Positions 1 to 11,876 of a stretch of 64,000 bases of DNA are shown here, piece by piece. The stretch is from Eledone cirrhosa (Eukaryota): NCBI GenBank assembly GCA_964016885.1, contig OZ024750.1, positions 49,538,001 to 49,602,000 on the forward strand. Direction: 5' to 3'. Below the pieces are notes generated by a model. It was not told where the DNA came from and made no database searches. It saw only the letters and a list, made by a program, of their open reading frames with translations. The stretch's first letter is position 1. Each line of letters opens with the position of its first letter. The position numbers and the translations under genes are program-made.

Positions 1-605
1 GTATCCGAGTGTAAACACCTAGCCCAGACTCTCTATAAGGACTGCAGACATGATGCGATGGGCAGGGTGATCCACTGGCACCTATGCAAAGTAAACAATT
101 TACCACATTCTTAGAAGTCGTATGAGCATAAGCCAGAGTCGGTGATAGAAAACGATCAGGTGAAGGTGCTGTGGGATTTTAGGATACAGACGGACAAGAA
201 ATTGGAACACAATAAACCTGACCTGGTGGTTGTGGACAAAGAAAAAATATCGTGCTTGATTGTGGATGTGGCCTGCCCATTCGACACGAGAGTGCAAGAG
301 AAGGAGAGGGAGAAAATTAACCGATACCAGGACTTAAAGTGGGAAGTAAAAAGGATTTGGAACTGCCATGATATCAAAGTGATCCCTATTGTCATAGGCG
401 CACTGGGGACTATCTCAAAATGTTTCCAAGGATGGTTAAAGAAAATTGGCCCCTTAACGCTTTTTGCAACGCTTCAAAATGACATGCTTGCTGGGAACAG
501 CAAGAACCCTCCGATACGTCCTGAATATCTGAGGCTGCAGCTAGTGGCTTGATATTCATTTCAACAAACTTTCCATTTAAATAACATCAATGAGTGAGAC
601 TCAAA

Positions 606-646
<41 letters not shown>
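1..646 (+). mobile_element. 3' fragment of R4/Dong-type non-LTR retrotransposon (RLE endonuclease end, 3' UTR, (TAA)n tail), decayed
   Basis: ORF 142-552 reads VLWDFRIQTD..NKPDLVVVD..IVDVACP..EREKINRYQDL..IPIVIGALG, the PD-(D/E)xK RLE domain. It has a frameshift near the end and a tail at 607-646. Confidence 0.9.
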
Positions 647-648
<2 letters not shown>

Positions 649-3600
649 CCCAAGGAGAAAGGCTATAGGAAACGGATGCATAACATCTGGAATGAGATTG
701 GTCTATTTAAATTAGATGAACAAAAATTGGCCGGGCAGGCTCGGCTAATAAGAACTATTGGGTGAATAAGCGAGCTGGAACTGGAGTAACTGAGCAGAAA
801 GATTAGGTTGGAAATGGAGAGTGGAGTATGCCAGGCAAACGATCCAGTGGGAAATGAAGGTGAAGAGGTTGAAAGAACGGGGGAACCATCCGAAGCAGAC
901 ATTGATCTGAATGCTGAAATAAATAATACCTGGAACAAAGATACGGCCATTGAGGAGATGAATGCTGACGGGCTAGGACAAGATTTGGGTGATATCCTAA
1001 ACTTAGTGGTAGATGAATTGAACAATGATAGTGGGAAACCTATGAACCTAAGATTTGTAGACAGGAATAAGTTAAAAGAAACAACAGCTAAGGTAAACAA
1101 AGTCATCTCATACCTTGAGGCGAGGAGCCTTCACCAGTGCAACAATATCCTCAAAGCAACAGCAAATGCGGTGAGGAAATTAGTTGGTATAAAAGCGAGA
1201 GGAAACAACAAACAAGAAAGATCAGAGCCTTGGTGGAAAAAACGACTGAGTGGTCAAATCAGGGAAATGAGAAATAACATTGGAAAGCTTGAGTCCCTAC
1301 TGAATGGGACACTAAAAAACATAGACACTAAAAATAGACTGTATATAAAAGTATAACACTAGGAGGAAAAAGCTAAATATTATCATAGAGGAACTGAAGC
1401 AACGCATTGTAGCAAAGAGTGCAACAATTAGGCAATACGGGAGCAGAGTCAGTCAGTATATACAGAACCGCATGTTTGACAACAACCAGAAGATGCTGTT
1501 TGGACAGCTTGAGGGGAAATAAAGAGGCAACGACTTGATCCCTGAGGCGCAACAGACTAAAACATTCTGGTGAGGAATATAGGAGCAGGATGTTAAACAT
1601 AATGACCAGGCAGTGTGGATTGAGACAGTACAGAAGGAGATTAGTGAACAGGCGCACCAAAAACTGACTTGAGTATCACAGTGGAAACTCTTAAGGGGCA
1701 GGCCAAAAAAATTAACCAACTGGAAACAACCAGGCCCAGATGGTGTGCAGGGTTATTGGATTACAAATATAACATCCCTCCACCCGAAACTGACAACCAT
1801 GTTCAATGACTGCTTGATGGCAGGTGAGGTACCAGAGTGGTTGACAAACGGTACCACAGTTCTGATAATGAAAGACCGAATCAAGGGTAATGATGTTACC
1901 AACTATAGACCTATCACATGTCTGTCCGTAATGTGGAAACTGTTGACAAGCATTATGTCTGAGGCAATCTACCATCACCTCCACACAAACAACTTGTTAC
2001 CGGACGAACAGAAAGCATGCCGAAAGAAGTCACGTGGTACAAAGGACCAGTTACTTATTGATAATATGGTAATGAGGATTTGCAAGAGGAGACACACTGG
2101 TCTTGCCATGGGATGGATAGACTTCAAAAAGGCATTTGACATGGTGCCTCATTCTTGGATCACCAAAAGCCTAGAGATCCTCAAGGTGGCAGATAACATC
2201 AGACAGTTGTTGTGCAAAAGTATGAAGTCCTGGGAAACAGAGTTAACATCAACTGGAGAATCCTTGTAAGGCGTGAAGATCAAGAGAGGTATCTTCCAGG
2301 GAGACAGTCTGTCCTCTCTGTTGTTTTCCTTGCCCTGATGCCCCTGACCATTATACTGCGAAAAGTGAGATCAGGATACAAGTTGGGAAAGGGACAGCTT
2401 ACCATCATTCACCTCCTCTTCATGGACGATCTTAAGCTCTTCGGGAAGAGTGAGAAGGAGTTGAATGTGCTTGCTGACACTGTCCGTAATTTCAGCAATG
2501 ATATATGTATGCAATTTGGTATTAGTAAGTGTGGAGCCCTTGTGATGAAGAGGTGTAAATTGAGCAGAAGCAACTGAATTCATGTACCAACAGGTGAGAT
2601 GATAAAGGAAATTGACACTGAAGAAGGAAACAAGTACTTGGGTGTTCTGGAGGCTGATGACATCAAGAACAAAAAGATGAAGGAATTGATAAGATCTGAA
2701 TACATTCGGATATTAAGGAGCGTATTAAATTCACATCTGAACAGTAGGAATGCCATAAGTGCAGTAAATTCCCGAGCTGTGTCTATTATTAGGTACAGTG
2801 CTGGAATTCTGAGATGGAATGTGGCTGAACAAAAAGAAATGGATAGGAAGACTAGGAAGCTATTGACTATCTACAACATGTTCCACAAGAGGAGTGATGT
2901 CGATAGACTCTACTTAAAGAGATCTGAAGGTGAAAGGGGTCTTATCAGCATTATAGACTGTGCTCAGATGGAGAAAAACAACCCACACAACTCAAATACG
3001 TGACTGATAGTAAGGAGCCAATGCCCAGAATTGTACTGAAGGAGAGGACAATAGACAAGGGTATTTCCAAGGAGGAAATAACAACAAGGAGAAAGAGGAA
3101 CCTTCATGAAAAATCCCTTCATAGTACCTTCTTTGAGAAAACTGAATTCAGAGATCCACACACATGGAACTGGTTGAAAAGAGGAGACCTTAAAAAGGCT
3201 ACAGAAGGAATGCTAATGGCTGCGAAGACAGGCCCTCAAAACGAAGTGGCTGATACACCATATTTACAAGGAGTGGGCTAGCCCACTCTGCAGGATATGT
3301 GGAGTGAGAGAGGAGACTGTGGCTCATATTGTATCCGGGTGTAAACACCTAGCCCATACTCACTATAAAGGCTGGAGACATGATGTGATGGGCAGGGTGA
3401 TCCACTGGCACCTATGCAAAGTAAACAATTTACCACATTCTGAGAAGTGGTATGAGCATAAACCAGGGTCGGTGATAGAAAACGATCAGGTGAAGGTGCT
3501 GTGGGATTTTAGGATACAGACGGACAAGAAACTGGAACACAATAGACCTGACCAAGTGCTTTTTGACAAGGAAACAAGATCGTGCCGTATTGTGGATGTG

Positions 3601-3937
3601 GCCTGCTCATTCGATAAGAGAGTGAAAGAGAAGAAGAGGGAGAAAATTAACTGATACCAGGACTTAAAGTGGGCGGTAAAAAGGATTTGGAACTGCCATG
3701 AAGTCAAAGTGGTCCCGATTGTCATAGGCGCACTACGTACTATCTCAAAGAGTTTCAGGGATGGTTAAAGAAAATTGGCCCCGCCCCGCTTTTTGGAACA
3801 CTTCAAAAAGCATGTTTGCTGGGAACAACAAGAACACTCCGATACGTCCTGAATATCTGAGGCTGCAGGTAGTGGCTTGATATTCATTTCAACAAACTTT
3901 CCAGTTAACCAACATCAATGACTGAGACCCAAAGAAC

Positions 3938-3972
<35 letters not shown>
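647..3972 (+). mobile_element. 5'-truncated, frameshifted R4/Dong-type LINE (RT + CCHC knuckle + RLE) inserted directly after the previous copy's (TAA)n tail
   Basis: Consecutive ORF pieces: NYRPITCL, EQKAC, WIDFKKAFDMVPH, HLLFMDDLKLF, KYLG, DRLYL.R.EG.RGL, CRIC..REETVAHIVSGC, RHD, RLE. The 3' UTR matches 1-646 and the tail is at 3936-3972. Confidence 0.92.
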
Positions 3973-3974
<2 letters not shown>

Positions 3975-4143
3975 GCGAAGACTAAAATTGAAAGAGGGTT
4001 CGATAAGGATAACTAAATATCAAATATATAAGAACTCTGGAGAAAATATTTACTAAAATAACAGATTAAGGTTTAAGCAAATATTCGCTGTTTTCACCCA
4101 TAACGGGATCTTGTGAAACTCAGTAGATCCCGTATATATATAC

Positions 4144-4240
<97 letters not shown>

Positions 4241-5085
4241 TATATTATTTCAAGATATTCTGATAGATACGGAATTAATCAGTGAGGGCTGATGAGTTGA
4301 TCAACGGGTATCCAACAGTCTCGTGTGCTGTTGAAATGGTACTTTCTATTGTTTGAGAAGTAATTATCGGCAGACAAAAGGGATTGTGTAAGCTATGGAT
4401 GAGATAAGTGATTAGATAAACAATACATATATTTAGTGTTAATCGCACCAACATCACCATTACACTTAAAAGTGTGTTAGGGGTAAGAGAATATACAGAT
4501 AAATTTTGTTAATATTGTTGTTGCCAGTATCATAAATCTAGGACCGTGAATCTGACATCCACATTTTACGAAAACGGATTTGACTTCCAAATCACGCAAA
4601 CACAATTCCTTTTTCAGAGAACGGAAACATTGGCTGCTATTTCTAGCATATCAATCTACCACATATATGTTGACATTTTAGGATAGCAGTCTCCTTTCCG
4701 CAAAATATCCGTCGAAAAACGCTAGGCTTATGTTAGATTAGGGTTAGATTTGGGGTTCTGGTTAGCGAATCCTACTAAAGAAATGTTACAAGAAATTTAA
4801 CGATATCCTAAACTAAAACTCGTGTGAAGTTAACCACATATTTGGGACAGTTACGTAGACAGTTCAATGTCTTCTGCGACATATAAATACCAAATTCAAT
4901 AGCAGCAGCATCAACAACAACGACTTTACTAACATGAAACACATTGGCATCTATTTGGCCAACGGATACAAGCTTTTAAACTGAATGATTAGACACTTAT
5001 CCAGTGTCTATGAACATATAAGGACCATGCAGTGATAATAAATTACAAATATCATGAAATGGTTGTCATAATTTTACTTCCACGC

Positions 5086-5149
<64 letters not shown>

Positions 5150-5338
5150 ATATTTGGGGAGGGTCATATTTGCGTAATATTGCCAGAATTAATAACAGAA
5201 CACACTCACTGTTTGGTTGGTTTTCGCTTCTCGCTGTCTTTTATATATATATATCTGCGATCTAACTTACTCGGTCCTCAATGTTGCCATTGACTGACCG
5301 GCGGTCAAAAATAAAATAATACAGATACAATATAGACA

Positions 5339-6726
5339 AATGTGTCCAGCATGTGCGACCCAACAGAAATGGAAGGACACATCCAACACTTCATCAACCG
5401 CATGCAGTTCTCTGGCTACAACCAAAGAGACAGAGTCAGAGTATACGAAGGAGCCATGGAAAAGTATAAGACCCTCATAGAACTGGACATGAAAGGAATT
5501 TGCCCACTATACAGGAGCAAATCATGGAATAGCTTAGATAGGGCTAGACATAAGATAGGGAAGGCCACATCATGGTACGACAACCAGAGATATCAGAGTG
5601 TCATGTTTGTGGACGCCACCCCTGGAGGGAAATTAGCTAACCAGTGTAGAAAGGCCCTGAGAAAGACCCACTTAAAAATAAAGGTGGTAGAAAAGCCAGG
5701 AACCACCATAAAATCCCTGATCAGCAAAACCTACCCTTTTAAGAAAACCCACTGTACCAATAGGAAATGTATCATATGTAAGGTGAACCCCCGGATAAAC
5801 TGTAAAACTAGAAACGTAGTCTATAGCATAAGATGTACAGAGGGTACTTGCAGAAACACGACAACAACATACATAGGTGAGACAGCTCGTAGCATAGGTG
5901 AAAGGATAGACCAACACTGGGGGGAACTAAAAGGACGAAAAAACGGGTCAGTACTATACGAACATGCTAGACAACATCATGACGGTAACATAGACAACAT
6001 AGAAATTAGAATAATATCTAAACATAGGAATGACCCAGCAGATAGGCAAATCAGAGAGGCCAGTGAAATAGAAATTAGAAGACCAAAGCTAAACAGAAAG
6101 AATGAGTGGAACAACAACAACACCCAAACAAACAACACTGACCTAAGAGAAGTATAAATAAATAAGTAAATTAAATTAAATAAAATAAGATAAATAAATA
6201 CATACACAAGCACATAAACACACACTAGTCACCCAGCAGACACAACACTATACACACTAGTCACACATCACACACGCAAACGCATGCGCAAAGAAGACAA
6301 AATAAAATAAGATAAACAAACAAGCAAATAAATAAATAAATATATAGACGGACTGAACAAAAAAAAATGGCGTAGACATACAACACAACAGGAGGAACAA
6401 TGAATATAACACCACTGACGATGTTGCAGATGTGCAACGAAAGATTTATGTAAACTATATATATATGTGTTTGTCTATATTGTATCTGTATTATTTTATT
6501 TTTGACCGCCGGTCAGTCAATGGCAACATTGAGGACCGAGTAAGTTAGATCGCAGATATATATATATAAAAGACAGCGAGAAGCGAAAACCAACCAAACA
6601 GTGAGTGTGTTCTGTTATTAATTCTGGCAATATTACGCAAATATGACCCTCCCCAAATATAACAATATCTGTTTCGACACACGATTTCATATAAAAAACC
6701 TCGCAAAACTAATTCATCGCCGCTAT
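5339..6726 (+). repeat. Upstream pseudo-LTR (duplicate of ORF 3' end, 3' UTR and 5' leader)
   Basis: Direct repeat of 9457-10844. ORF 5342-6157 duplicates the last 271 aa of the main ORF. Confidence 0.95.
6411..6460 (+). ncRNA. Hammerhead-ribozyme-like motif in the PLE pLTR
   Basis: CTGACGA-t-GTTGCA(gatg)TGCAAC-GAA-AGaTTTATGTAAACT-A. The core and a 6-bp stem II are clear and stem III is near-palindromic, but stem I is not obvious. Confidence 0.55.
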
Positions 6727-9700
6727 GGCATTAGCTTGTGCCAAGCTGAAAGGTTATTGAAAGACACTGTTTTCTGTTATATAAAAACTACAATAACAAC
6801 AGAACAAATCCGCTTCTTAAAACACTGTGTTTCCTCCAAAACATACACAACAAACATATCAAAACAAGTAAATAATTTATTATTGAACAAAACACAAGCT
6901 GAACGGCTAAAACACACAATAACAGTTAATATGAAAAGAACAACATACACAAAAGTCAACGCACTCTACAGACAAAAACGCATCAACGGTAAGGAAATCC
7001 GAAATCTCATCACAGCAAACGAGAGAGATGACTTCATGAGCGTCATCCGACGCGAAACGAAATATGCTCAAAACGAATGCTGTAGGCATTTCAAGAAGAA
7101 ATTAGAATGGATGAATAAGAAAAAACTACAAGAAAGGAAAATCGAATATTCTCAAAAATACCCAGATAACATCGACAACATCCGTATGAGTGATGTAAAA
7201 CTACCGGAAGAATTTACCAATGACCACACAGTAAATATCTATGGGAACACTTTAATCAGTGAACAAGAACAACAAATCCTAAAGTTACCACCAAAATTTG
7301 CCATCTACAAAAAGATTAACCCTATGGAATGCAAAACTGAACTGGAAAAGTGTTTCACAAAAATACGTTGGAATGCAAAGGTAAACAACAACAACAATAA
7401 TAACGGTAGTAGTAATATAAACAATAACTCTGGGTATAGAAATAACAGCCATAACCATAACAATGGCAGGAAAGTGAGAAATAGTGATAATGGTAATAAT
7501 ACTAGCGATAGACAGAACAACAACAACCACAATAATAATAATAATAGAAACGTTAACCACAGACACAGCAACAGTGACCACAGTAGTAATAACGGTAACA
7601 ATACGAACAACAACAACAACAATAACCACAGTGGTAATAATGGAAATAGTACATGTAGCAACATCAACAAAAACAAGAAACATAATAATAGTAACAACCA
7701 CAATGGTAGAAATAGCAGTAACAACAACAACAATAACGGTGAAGTAAACAACAATACATCTAGCAATCATAACAATAATAATATTAAAGCTAATGATAGA
7801 AACAACAACAACCACCATGATAATAATAATAGCAACACACACAACTATGACGATAGAAATAACGACAACCCCTTAGAGAAACTATTTTTCAACCCAGCTG
7901 ACAAAACATATAAGATGGGTAATATCTATCCTACGAGGTTACCCTTTAATAAAAGAGTTTGCATACCACAACAAATAGATGACGAGACGGAGGCACAGTT
8001 CACCATAGCTAGAAATAAGATTAGACAAGTAGTAGACAGGTACACTATGAGACAGAGCAGACCAGAGGCCCAACAACTTGGGATAAAACCTGTAGAAGGC
8101 TTGGTTAGCCTCAAGCAGCGCACAAGGGATGGTGAGGTAGTGTGTCTACCCACAGATAAGTCTGGTAGGATGTCAATAGATAGCATGCCGAACTACATCG
8201 AGGCAATGCAACCCCACATCACCAACACGAGCGAAGTTGCACAACTAACACACGATGGGAGAGAAAAAATCCTCAACGCTCACATGATGATGTGGACTGA
8301 CATCCTAAAGCCAAGCAGACGCACTGCCAACAACTTCCAGGCGTCTAACAATGGCATACCACCCTTGTATGGGCTCCGCAAAGACCACAAGACAGTCGAC
8401 GACCCGACAACAGGACCACCAACAAGACCTGTATGCGGAGCTAATATAGCTAGCAACTACAGGATCTCCTACTTCCTCTCAATGGTTATACGCCCCATAA
8501 TCAAGATGTCCCCAGATGTATGTGAAAGTACAGAGGACCTCCTCAGCAGAATCAGTGAGTGCAACAAAAACAGGAGCCTATCCAACTGCATAATAGGCAG
8601 CATGGATGTGGTGTCACTGTACCCATCCATTAACATTGATTTTGCTGTGAAAAGATGTGTGGAGATGATCATTGAGAGTGAGGTGGAGTTCTGCGACGTC
8701 GACACAGACGAACTGGGCCTCCTACTTAGACTTACCTACGACACTGACTACCTAGACAGCCATGACCTTAGATGTTTCTGCCCTAGTAGACCTATAAGAG
8801 GTAGACCCCCCACCATAACCTCAATGGCTAAAAAGACTCCCATAGGAAGGTGGATTGGGTGGATCAAAGCTATACGGACCCCCCAAAACACTGATCAGGT
8901 AAGAAAAATGGTCGCACATGCAATAGGGGCTAGTATCAAAACTACCCTAAAGGGCCACATATTTAAGTTCAATGAGAAAATCTACACCCAAAATGAGGGA
9001 GCAGCCATCGGCGTCAGCATAGCTGGCGATGTTGCCAACCTTTTCATGGTATGGTGGGAAAGGAGCCTTAAAGATCTCCTTAATGAAAGCTCCATAGACC
9101 TCATCATGTACTCTCGTTATGTAGACGATATCAATATAGTTATAAGAACACCCCCACTAGAGAGCACTAACAAGTTTGATTTAGAACGTAGCACGATGGA
9201 AAGCATCCAGCAGATAGCTAATTCCATACACCAGAGTATAACTGTAACTATAGACTTCCCTTCCAAACACCCTAACAATAGACTACCTGTATTAGACACA
9301 GAACTCTGGATTAACACTATAGACGAGAGAGCCCAAATTCTCCACTCACACTATGCTAAACCCATGGCCTCCAAATACCTGATACTCAAAAACTCAGCAA
9401 TGTCCAGTAGTGCTAAGTTTAATATTCTGATCGCAGATTTGGTACGAGTGATGAAGAATGTGTCCAGCATGTGCGACCCAACAGAAATGGAAGGACACAT
9501 CCAACACTTCATCAACCGCATGCAGTTCTCTGGCTACAACCAAAGAGACAGAGTTAGAGTATACGAAGGAGCCATGGAAAAGTATAAGACCCTCATAGAA
9601 CTGGACATGAAAGGAATTTGCCCACTATACAGGAGCAAATCATGGAATAGCTTAGATAGGGCTAGACATAAGATAGGGAAGGCCACATCATGGTACGACA

Positions 9701-10275
9701 ACCAGAGATATCAGAGTGTCATGTTTGTGGACGCCACCCCTGGAGGGAAATTAGCTAACCAGTGTAGAAAGGCCCTGAGAAAGACCCACTTAAAAATAAA
9801 GGTGGTAGAAAAGCCAGGAACCACCATAAAATCCCTGATCAGCAAAACCTACCCTTTTAAGAAAACCCACTGTACCAATAGGAAATGTATCATATGTAAG
9901 GTGAACCCCCGGATAAACTGTAAAACTAGAAACGTAGTCTATAGCATAAGATGTACAGAGGGTACTTGCAGAAACACGACAACAACATACATAGGTGAGA
10001 CAGCTCGTAGCATAGGTGAAAGGATAGACCAACACTGGGGGGAACTAAAAGGACGAAAAAACGGGTCAGTACTATACGAACATGCTAGACAACATCATGA
10101 CGGTAACATAGACAACATAGAAATTAGAATAATATCTAAACATAGGAATGACCCAGCAGATAGGCAAATCAGAGAGGCCAGTGAAATAGAAATTAGAAGA
10201 CCAAAGCTAAACAGAAAGAATGAGTGGAACAACAACAACACCCAAACAAACAACACTGACCTAAGAGAAGTATAA
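6643..10275 (+). CDS. Penelope-like polyprotein, 1210 aa: N-terminal region, Asn-rich insert, reverse transcriptase, Cys-rich linker, GIY-YIG endonuclease (probably Naiad clade)
   Basis: Uninterrupted ORF with PTDKSG, LYGLRKDHK, GPPTRPV, SMDVVSLYPSI, GAAIG..AGDVANLFM, YSRYVDDI, LPVLD, CxxxxCxxC and VVYSIRC...YIGETARSIGERIDQH...IREA...LN. Confidence 0.95.
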   Translation: MTLPKYNNICFDTRFHIKNLAKLIHRRYGISLCQAERLLKDTVFCYIKTTITTEQIRFLKHCVSSKTYTTNISKQVNNLLLNKTQAERLKHTITVNMKRTTYTKVNALYRQKRINGKEIRNLITANERDDFMSVIRRETKYAQNECCRHFKKKLEWMNKKKLQERKIEYSQKYPDNIDNIRMSDVKLPEEFTNDHTVNIYGNTLISEQEQQILKLPPKFAIYKKINPMECKTELEKCFTKIRWNAKVNNNNNNNGSSNINNNSGYRNNSHNHNNGRKVRNSDNGNNTSDRQNNNNHNNNNNRNVNHRHSNSDHSSNNGNNTNNNNNNNHSGNNGNSTCSNINKNKKHNNSNNHNGRNSSNNNNNNGEVNNNTSSNHNNNNIKANDRNNNNHHDNNNSNTHNYDDRNNDNPLEKLFFNPADKTYKMGNIYPTRLPFNKRVCIPQQIDDETEAQFTIARNKIRQVVDRYTMRQSRPEAQQLGIKPVEGLVSLKQRTRDGEVVCLPTDKSGRMSIDSMPNYIEAMQPHITNTSEVAQLTHDGREKILNAHMMMWTDILKPSRRTANNFQASNNGIPPLYGLRKDHKTVDDPTTGPPTRPVCGANIASNYRISYFLSMVIRPIIKMSPDVCESTEDLLSRISECNKNRSLSNCIIGSMDVVSLYPSINIDFAVKRCVEMIIESEVEFCDVDTDELGLLLRLTYDTDYLDSHDLRCFCPSRPIRGRPPTITSMAKKTPIGRWIGWIKAIRTPQNTDQVRKMVAHAIGASIKTTLKGHIFKFNEKIYTQNEGAAIGVSIAGDVANLFMVWWERSLKDLLNESSIDLIMYSRYVDDINIVIRTPPLESTNKFDLERSTMESIQQIANSIHQSITVTIDFPSKHPNNRLPVLDTELWINTIDERAQILHSHYAKPMASKYLILKNSAMSSSAKFNILIADLVRVMKNVSSMCDPTEMEGHIQHFINRMQFSGYNQRDRVRVYEGAMEKYKTLIELDMKGICPLYRSKSWNSLDRARHKIGKATSWYDNQRYQSVMFVDATPGGKLANQCRKALRKTHLKIKVVEKPGTTIKSLISKTYPFKKTHCTNRKCIICKVNPRINCKTRNVVYSIRCTEGTCRNTTTTYIGETARSIGERIDQHWGELKGRKNGSVLYEHARQHHDGNIDNIEIRIISKHRNDPADRQIREASEIEIRRPKLNRKNEWNNNNTQTNNTDLREV

Positions 10276-10528
10276 ATAAATAAGTAAATTAAATTAAATA
10301 AAATAAGATAAATAAATACATACACAAGCACATAAACACACACTAGTCACCCAGCAGACACAACACTATACACACTAGTCACACATCACACACGCAAACG
10401 CATGCGCAAAGAAGACAAAATAAAATAAGATAAACAAACAAGCAAATAAATAAATAAATATATAGACGGACTGAACAAAAAAAAATGGCGTAGACATACA
10501 ACACAACAGGAGGAACAATGAATATAAC

Positions 10529-10578
10529 ACCACTGACGATGTTGCAGATGTGCAACGAAAGATTTATGTAAACTATAT
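10529..10578 (+). ncRNA. Second copy of the pLTR hammerhead-like motif
   Basis: Identical to 6411-6460. Confidence 0.55.
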
Positions 10579-10840
10579 ATATATGTGTTTGTCTATATTG
10601 TATCTGTATTATTTTATTTTTGACCGCCGGTCAGTCAATGGCAACATTGAGGACCGAGTAAGTTAGATCGCAGATATATATATATAAAAGACAGCGAGAA
10701 GCGAAAACCAACCAAACAGTGAGTGTGTTCTGCTATTAATTCTGGCAATATTACGCAAATATGACCCTCCCCAAATATAACAATATCTGTTTCGACACAC
10801 GATTTCATATAAAAAACCTCGCAAAACTAATTCATCGCCG

Positions 10841-10876
<36 letters not shown>

Positions 10877-10973
10877 ATTAAAATACTGGAGCGTGTTGGA
10901 GTTAAACACCCTCTTCGTATTATAGAATTGACAGTAAAAGATATAGCTCAATGTAATTAAACAGAGCCGAAGA

Positions 10974-11294
<321 letters not shown>

Positions 11295-11510
11295 GCGTGT
11301 GGCTGAGTGGTTAGAGAATTGGATTCGCAATCGTAAGGTTGTGGGTTTGATTCCTGGACCAGGCGATGCGTTATGTCCTTGAGCAAGACACTTTATTTCA
11401 CGTTGCTCCTTCTACCTGGAGTTGCGTCCGATAGATAGTATTAGCAATTGGAAAGACCAACGGAAACATTGTTCCCTCGGTCCGATTTGACGAAAGTCGA
11501 TCGTTCCTTT
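11295..11510 (+). mobile_element. tRNA-derived SINE (family A, CORE-like body)
   Basis: A box TGGCTGAGTGG and B box GGTTTGATTCC, followed by TGTCCTTGAGCAAGACACTT. A second copy lies at 63608. Confidence 0.8.
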
Positions 11511-11540
11511 ATATATATATATATATATATATATAATAAT

Positions 11541-11876
11541 TGTTTCTACTTTCGGCACAAGGCCAGCAATTACCCAGTACATTACTGGTACTTTATTTTA
11601 TCGACCCCGTAAGGATGAAAGGCAAAGTGAACCTCGGCGGGATTTGAACTCAGCGTCCGACTCTCTACAGATATTGCCAATCCACCATAATAATAATGAT
11701 AATTGTTACTACTTTTGGCACAAGGCCATCAATTAACCAGTGCATTACTGGTACTTTATTTTATCGACCCCTTAACGATGAAAGGCGGGATTTGAACTCA
11801 GAATGACAAGGGCCGTAACTCGATGCCTCAAAGCATGGCGCCCGACCCTGCACCGATACTGCTAATCCACTGCCAA
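11541..11876 (-). mobile_element. Two adjacent copies of tRNA-derived SINE family B (Deu/Nin-domain-like)
   Basis: The minus strand reads GAGTTCAAATCCCGCC (B box) and GCCTTTCATCCTTACGGGGTCGATAAAATAAAGTACCAGT. It matches the full copy at 38730. Confidence 0.8.

Larger units (their letters stand above)
5142..10844 (+). mobile_element. Complete Penelope-like retroelement insertion (inverted 5' pLTR piece + partial tandem copy + full ORF) in a (TA)n tract
   Basis: 5339-6726 is directly repeated at 9457-10844 (offset 4118; two mismatches noticed). 5142-5340 is the reverse complement of 6470-6668. (TA)n lies on both sides. This is the established PLE architecture. Confidence 0.95.

Noticed and set aside
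4285-4345. CTGATGA...GAAA hammerhead candidate
   Set aside because: Stems I and III could not be formed.
4725-4770. Telomere-like TTAGGG sequence
   Set aside because: Only one exact unit in a short degenerate stretch.
5342-6157. Stand-alone 271-aa GIY-YIG gene
   Set aside because: It is just the duplicated ORF tail within the pLTR and begins at the inversion junction.
7285-7842. Poly-Leu and Val/Ile-rich minus-strand ORFs resembling membrane proteins
   Set aside because: They are antisense shadows of the AAC/AAT tract in the PLE ORF.
11295-11370. tRNA gene (also 38730, 63608)
   Set aside because: A/B boxes are present but there is no complete cloverleaf, and the sequence continues into a repeated SINE body.
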